The notes under the pieces were generated by a model that saw only the letters and a list, made by a program, of their open reading frames with translations, was not told the DNA's origin and did no database searches. From assembly GCA_963833225.1 (NCBI GenBank), contig CAWHXD010000019.1, forward strand, positions 64,001 through 128,000: a DNA stretch of 64,000 nt. The letters run 5' to 3'. A program made the translations under genes and the position numbers. Origin of the DNA: an uncultured Chloroflexia bacterium. Lineage in GTDB: Bacteria; Chloroflexota; Limnocylindria; Limnocylindrales; CSP1-4. Positions within the stretch are counted from its first letter, which is position 1. Each line of letters starts with the position of its first letter. Of the stretch, positions 61,848 through 64,000 are shown one piece after another.

Positions 61848-63609
61848 TCAGCGATCGAGCACCGTGATCTCCCGCCAGGCGACCCACGACGGCCCGCTCA
61901 CGATCTCGACGCGCAGGTACCGGATGCCGGTCCACGGTTGCGCCGGCCGGAAGGCCAGGACCTCCTCGTTGTCGAGGGCTTGCACGAACTTGTGCAGCAC
62001 GGTCCGGGCGCCGCCCCGGGTCCCCGCTCCGTACACGCGCACGTCCATGCGGCCGCCGGGTGACATGGCGGAGGACAGCCGCAGCTCGGCGATCCGCTGC
62101 TTCGACCCGAGGTCGATCTCGATCCACTGCGGCGGGTGGCTGCCGGCGTTCCAGTAGCTGCCCGGGTCGCCGTCGACGGCACGTCGGGGGCCATAGCCGG
62201 GGAGCGTGAGGGAGGCGGTGACAGGGCGTCCAAGGGCGAGATTCGTCGCCAGGTCGAGGGAGCCGAGCTTGCAGGGGTTCGGGCGCACCACCGGGGAGAG
62301 CGCATCGGCGATGGCGCCGTCATGTTCGACGGCATTCCAGAACTCCGGCTGCTCGGTGGAATCCCAGGTCCACGTCAGCCAGCCGTCGAACCCGAACCGG
62401 CAGGAGTCCATCTGCCACGTGACCGCCGTGCGGATGGCATCCTCGAGGGTGGGGGTGGTGGCCCGTTCCACCCCGAACTCGCCCAGGATCACTGGCTTCC
62501 TGGTCTTCCGCGGCAGCCCGAAGTTGTCCACGATCTGGGGCAGCGTCAGGTCACCGCCCGGATAGCCGTGCAGGTCGATGAAGTCGGCGGTGGAGTGCAG
62601 GATCGCCTGCCGGGTCTCGATCAGCCGGTCGTCACCCACGCGAGACTCGTTGGGGCCCTTGGGCTGGAAGAAGCCGACCGTCACCAGCGCCGTCGGGTCC
62701 ACGCTGACGATCGCCTCCCGCATCCGGTCGATCCAGAACACCAGGCCATCCGCCAGGAGCTTCCGCTTCGCCGTCGCCGTCGACACGTCGTAGGTGTTGC
62801 CGTTGGCCGTCCGCACGGTCCCCGAGGTCAGCGAGAAGGGCGGCGCGAGCTCGGTGAAGTAGAGCTCGTTGCGGAGCTCGTAGGCCAGAAGCGCGCCGAG
62901 GGCCGCGCCCCGGTCGACGAGCCCCTGGGCCAGCTCGCGGAAGAACCGGGCACACGCCTGCAGGCCCCCCGTGGACAGGTAGAGGCTGTTGACGTCCTCG
63001 ATGCCGGGGTCGCTGTCGAACGCCCAGCCCGGGGATTTCGGGCAGCCAGTCGAGCGTGAACAGCACGAACATGCGATGGGTCTCGGCCCGCTGCAGGAGA
63101 TCGGCGGCGTTGTCGAGAAAGGCGGGGTTGAGCGAGCTCCCTGGCCCGGGCAGGCCGCCGCTGCTCGTGCCCAGGAAGATCCGCACCGCGTTGTAGCCGC
63201 GGCGGCTCATCTCGGCCAGCGCCGTGTCGATTCGGTCCGGGTCGTAGTGGCCCACGTTGAGCGTCACGTGCGCGCCCGCGAGACGGATGTAGTTCATGCC
63301 GCGCGGCACGAACCGCTCCCCGGTCACTCGGTCGTAGAGCTCGCCTTCACCGTCCGCGACGCGCACGCCGATCCGGTGTGGGACCGGCGCGGGCGGCGGC
63401 GATGCGGTCGACGGAGCCGTGGCGACCGGCGCAGAGGCGGGCGGCTGGGTGTTGATTGTCGTTGTGGCGGGCGAGGCTGCCGGCGGCGGGCTCGTCGTGG
63501 TGGCGGCCGAGCTCGGCGTGACCGGGGTGCCGCACGCCGCTGCGAGCAGGACGGTTGCGAGCGCCGCGATCACCGGCCGTCGCGGAGGGACGTTCGCCAT
63601 GCCCATCAT
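61848..63609 (-). CDS. Lipoprotein glycoside hydrolase (GH5/clan A) with C-terminal F5/8 (CBM32) domain; frameshift near 63040
   Basis: Lipobox AAACG, RGMNY, NAVRIF, acid/base RNE, nucleophile LGEFG, AVDGD..W..QWIEIDLG. Confidence 0.82.
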
Positions 63610-63644
63610 CGGGCGCAGCCTAACGGGTTGGAGGCCGAGGAGCC

Positions 63645-64000
63645 CTAATCGTCGCGGTTGCGCTTCGCCTCGATCAGGGCGGCGTCCGCCCGCTCCGTGA
63701 GCTCGTCGAGCGTCTCGTTGGATGTGAGCGTGGCGAGCCCGGCGGTGATCCCGACGCCGGTGGCATGCCGGAGGGACTGATCGATCACGTCGATGCGGTG
63801 CCTCACCTCGTCCGAATCGACCGAGGCGATCCCGCACACGAACTCGTCGCCACCAAAGCGCACGATCGGGTCGTACGACCGCATGTTGGCGCGCATCGTG
63901 GCCCCCAGCATTCGGAGCACGCGATCGCCGGCCGCGTGTCCATCACGGTCGTTCACGCCCTTGAGCCCGTCGACGTCGACGAACGCAATGACGAACTTGC
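63645..64000 (-). CDS. GGDEF domain protein, C-terminal part (truncated by window edge)
   Basis: DVDGLKGVNDRDGH, RFGGDEF, ADAALIEAK. Confidence 0.88.
   Translation of the reverse strand, partial: KFVIAFVDVDGLKGVNDRDGHAAGDRVLRMLGATMRANMRSYDPIVRFGGDEFVCGIASVDSDEVRHRIDVIDQSLRHATGVGITAGLATLTSNETLDELTERADAALIEAKRNRDD

Noticed and set aside
2706-63609. Split genes near 2880, 15835, 18870, 25620, 31490, 32560, 36115, 40030 and 63040 as programmed frameshifts or pseudogenes
   Set aside because: Single-base indels, in homopolymers or repeats where I checked, within otherwise intact genes; most simply long-read errors
1-64000. Numerous long overlapping Arg/Pro/Gly-rich ORFs (e.g. 21663-24887 -, 38053-39669 +, 60297-62063 +)
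   Set aside because: Shadow frames of real genes in high-GC DNA; no recognisable motifs

Overview
High-GC (visually about 70%) bacterial chromosomal window. Gene content and style suggest a Chloroflexota, possibly Limnocylindria-like, genome; this is an inference only. It is mostly housekeeping and metabolic: ABC-2 and osmoprotectant ABC transporters, GT2 plus flippase, ATP-dependent DNA ligase, pntAB, rocD, asnS, gltA, an MttB-family methyltransferase, two ECF sigma/anti-sigma pairs, two GGDEF proteins and a GH5-CBM32 lipoprotein. Scattered single-base indels, often in homopolymers, split about ten genes and look like long-read consensus errors. Main points of interest: (1) a ~5.2 kb integrase-less, heavily frameshifted island bracketed by a ~197 bp duplication of the 3' end of an AlaX tRNA-editing gene, carrying a DUF5131 radical-SAM-like gene, its TcmP methyltransferase-like partner, a Tdi1/DUF1851-like immunity gene, a ParB/Srx-motif gene and unknowns; (2) a tRNA-Ile with the rare UAU anticodon, downstream of a cystine-lyase-like gene that sits head-to-head with a rhodanese whose catalytic Cys is replaced by Asp; (3) several apparent pseudo-enzymes and unexplained intergenic repeat or structured elements. 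All family assignments come from motif recognition by eye, not database searches.
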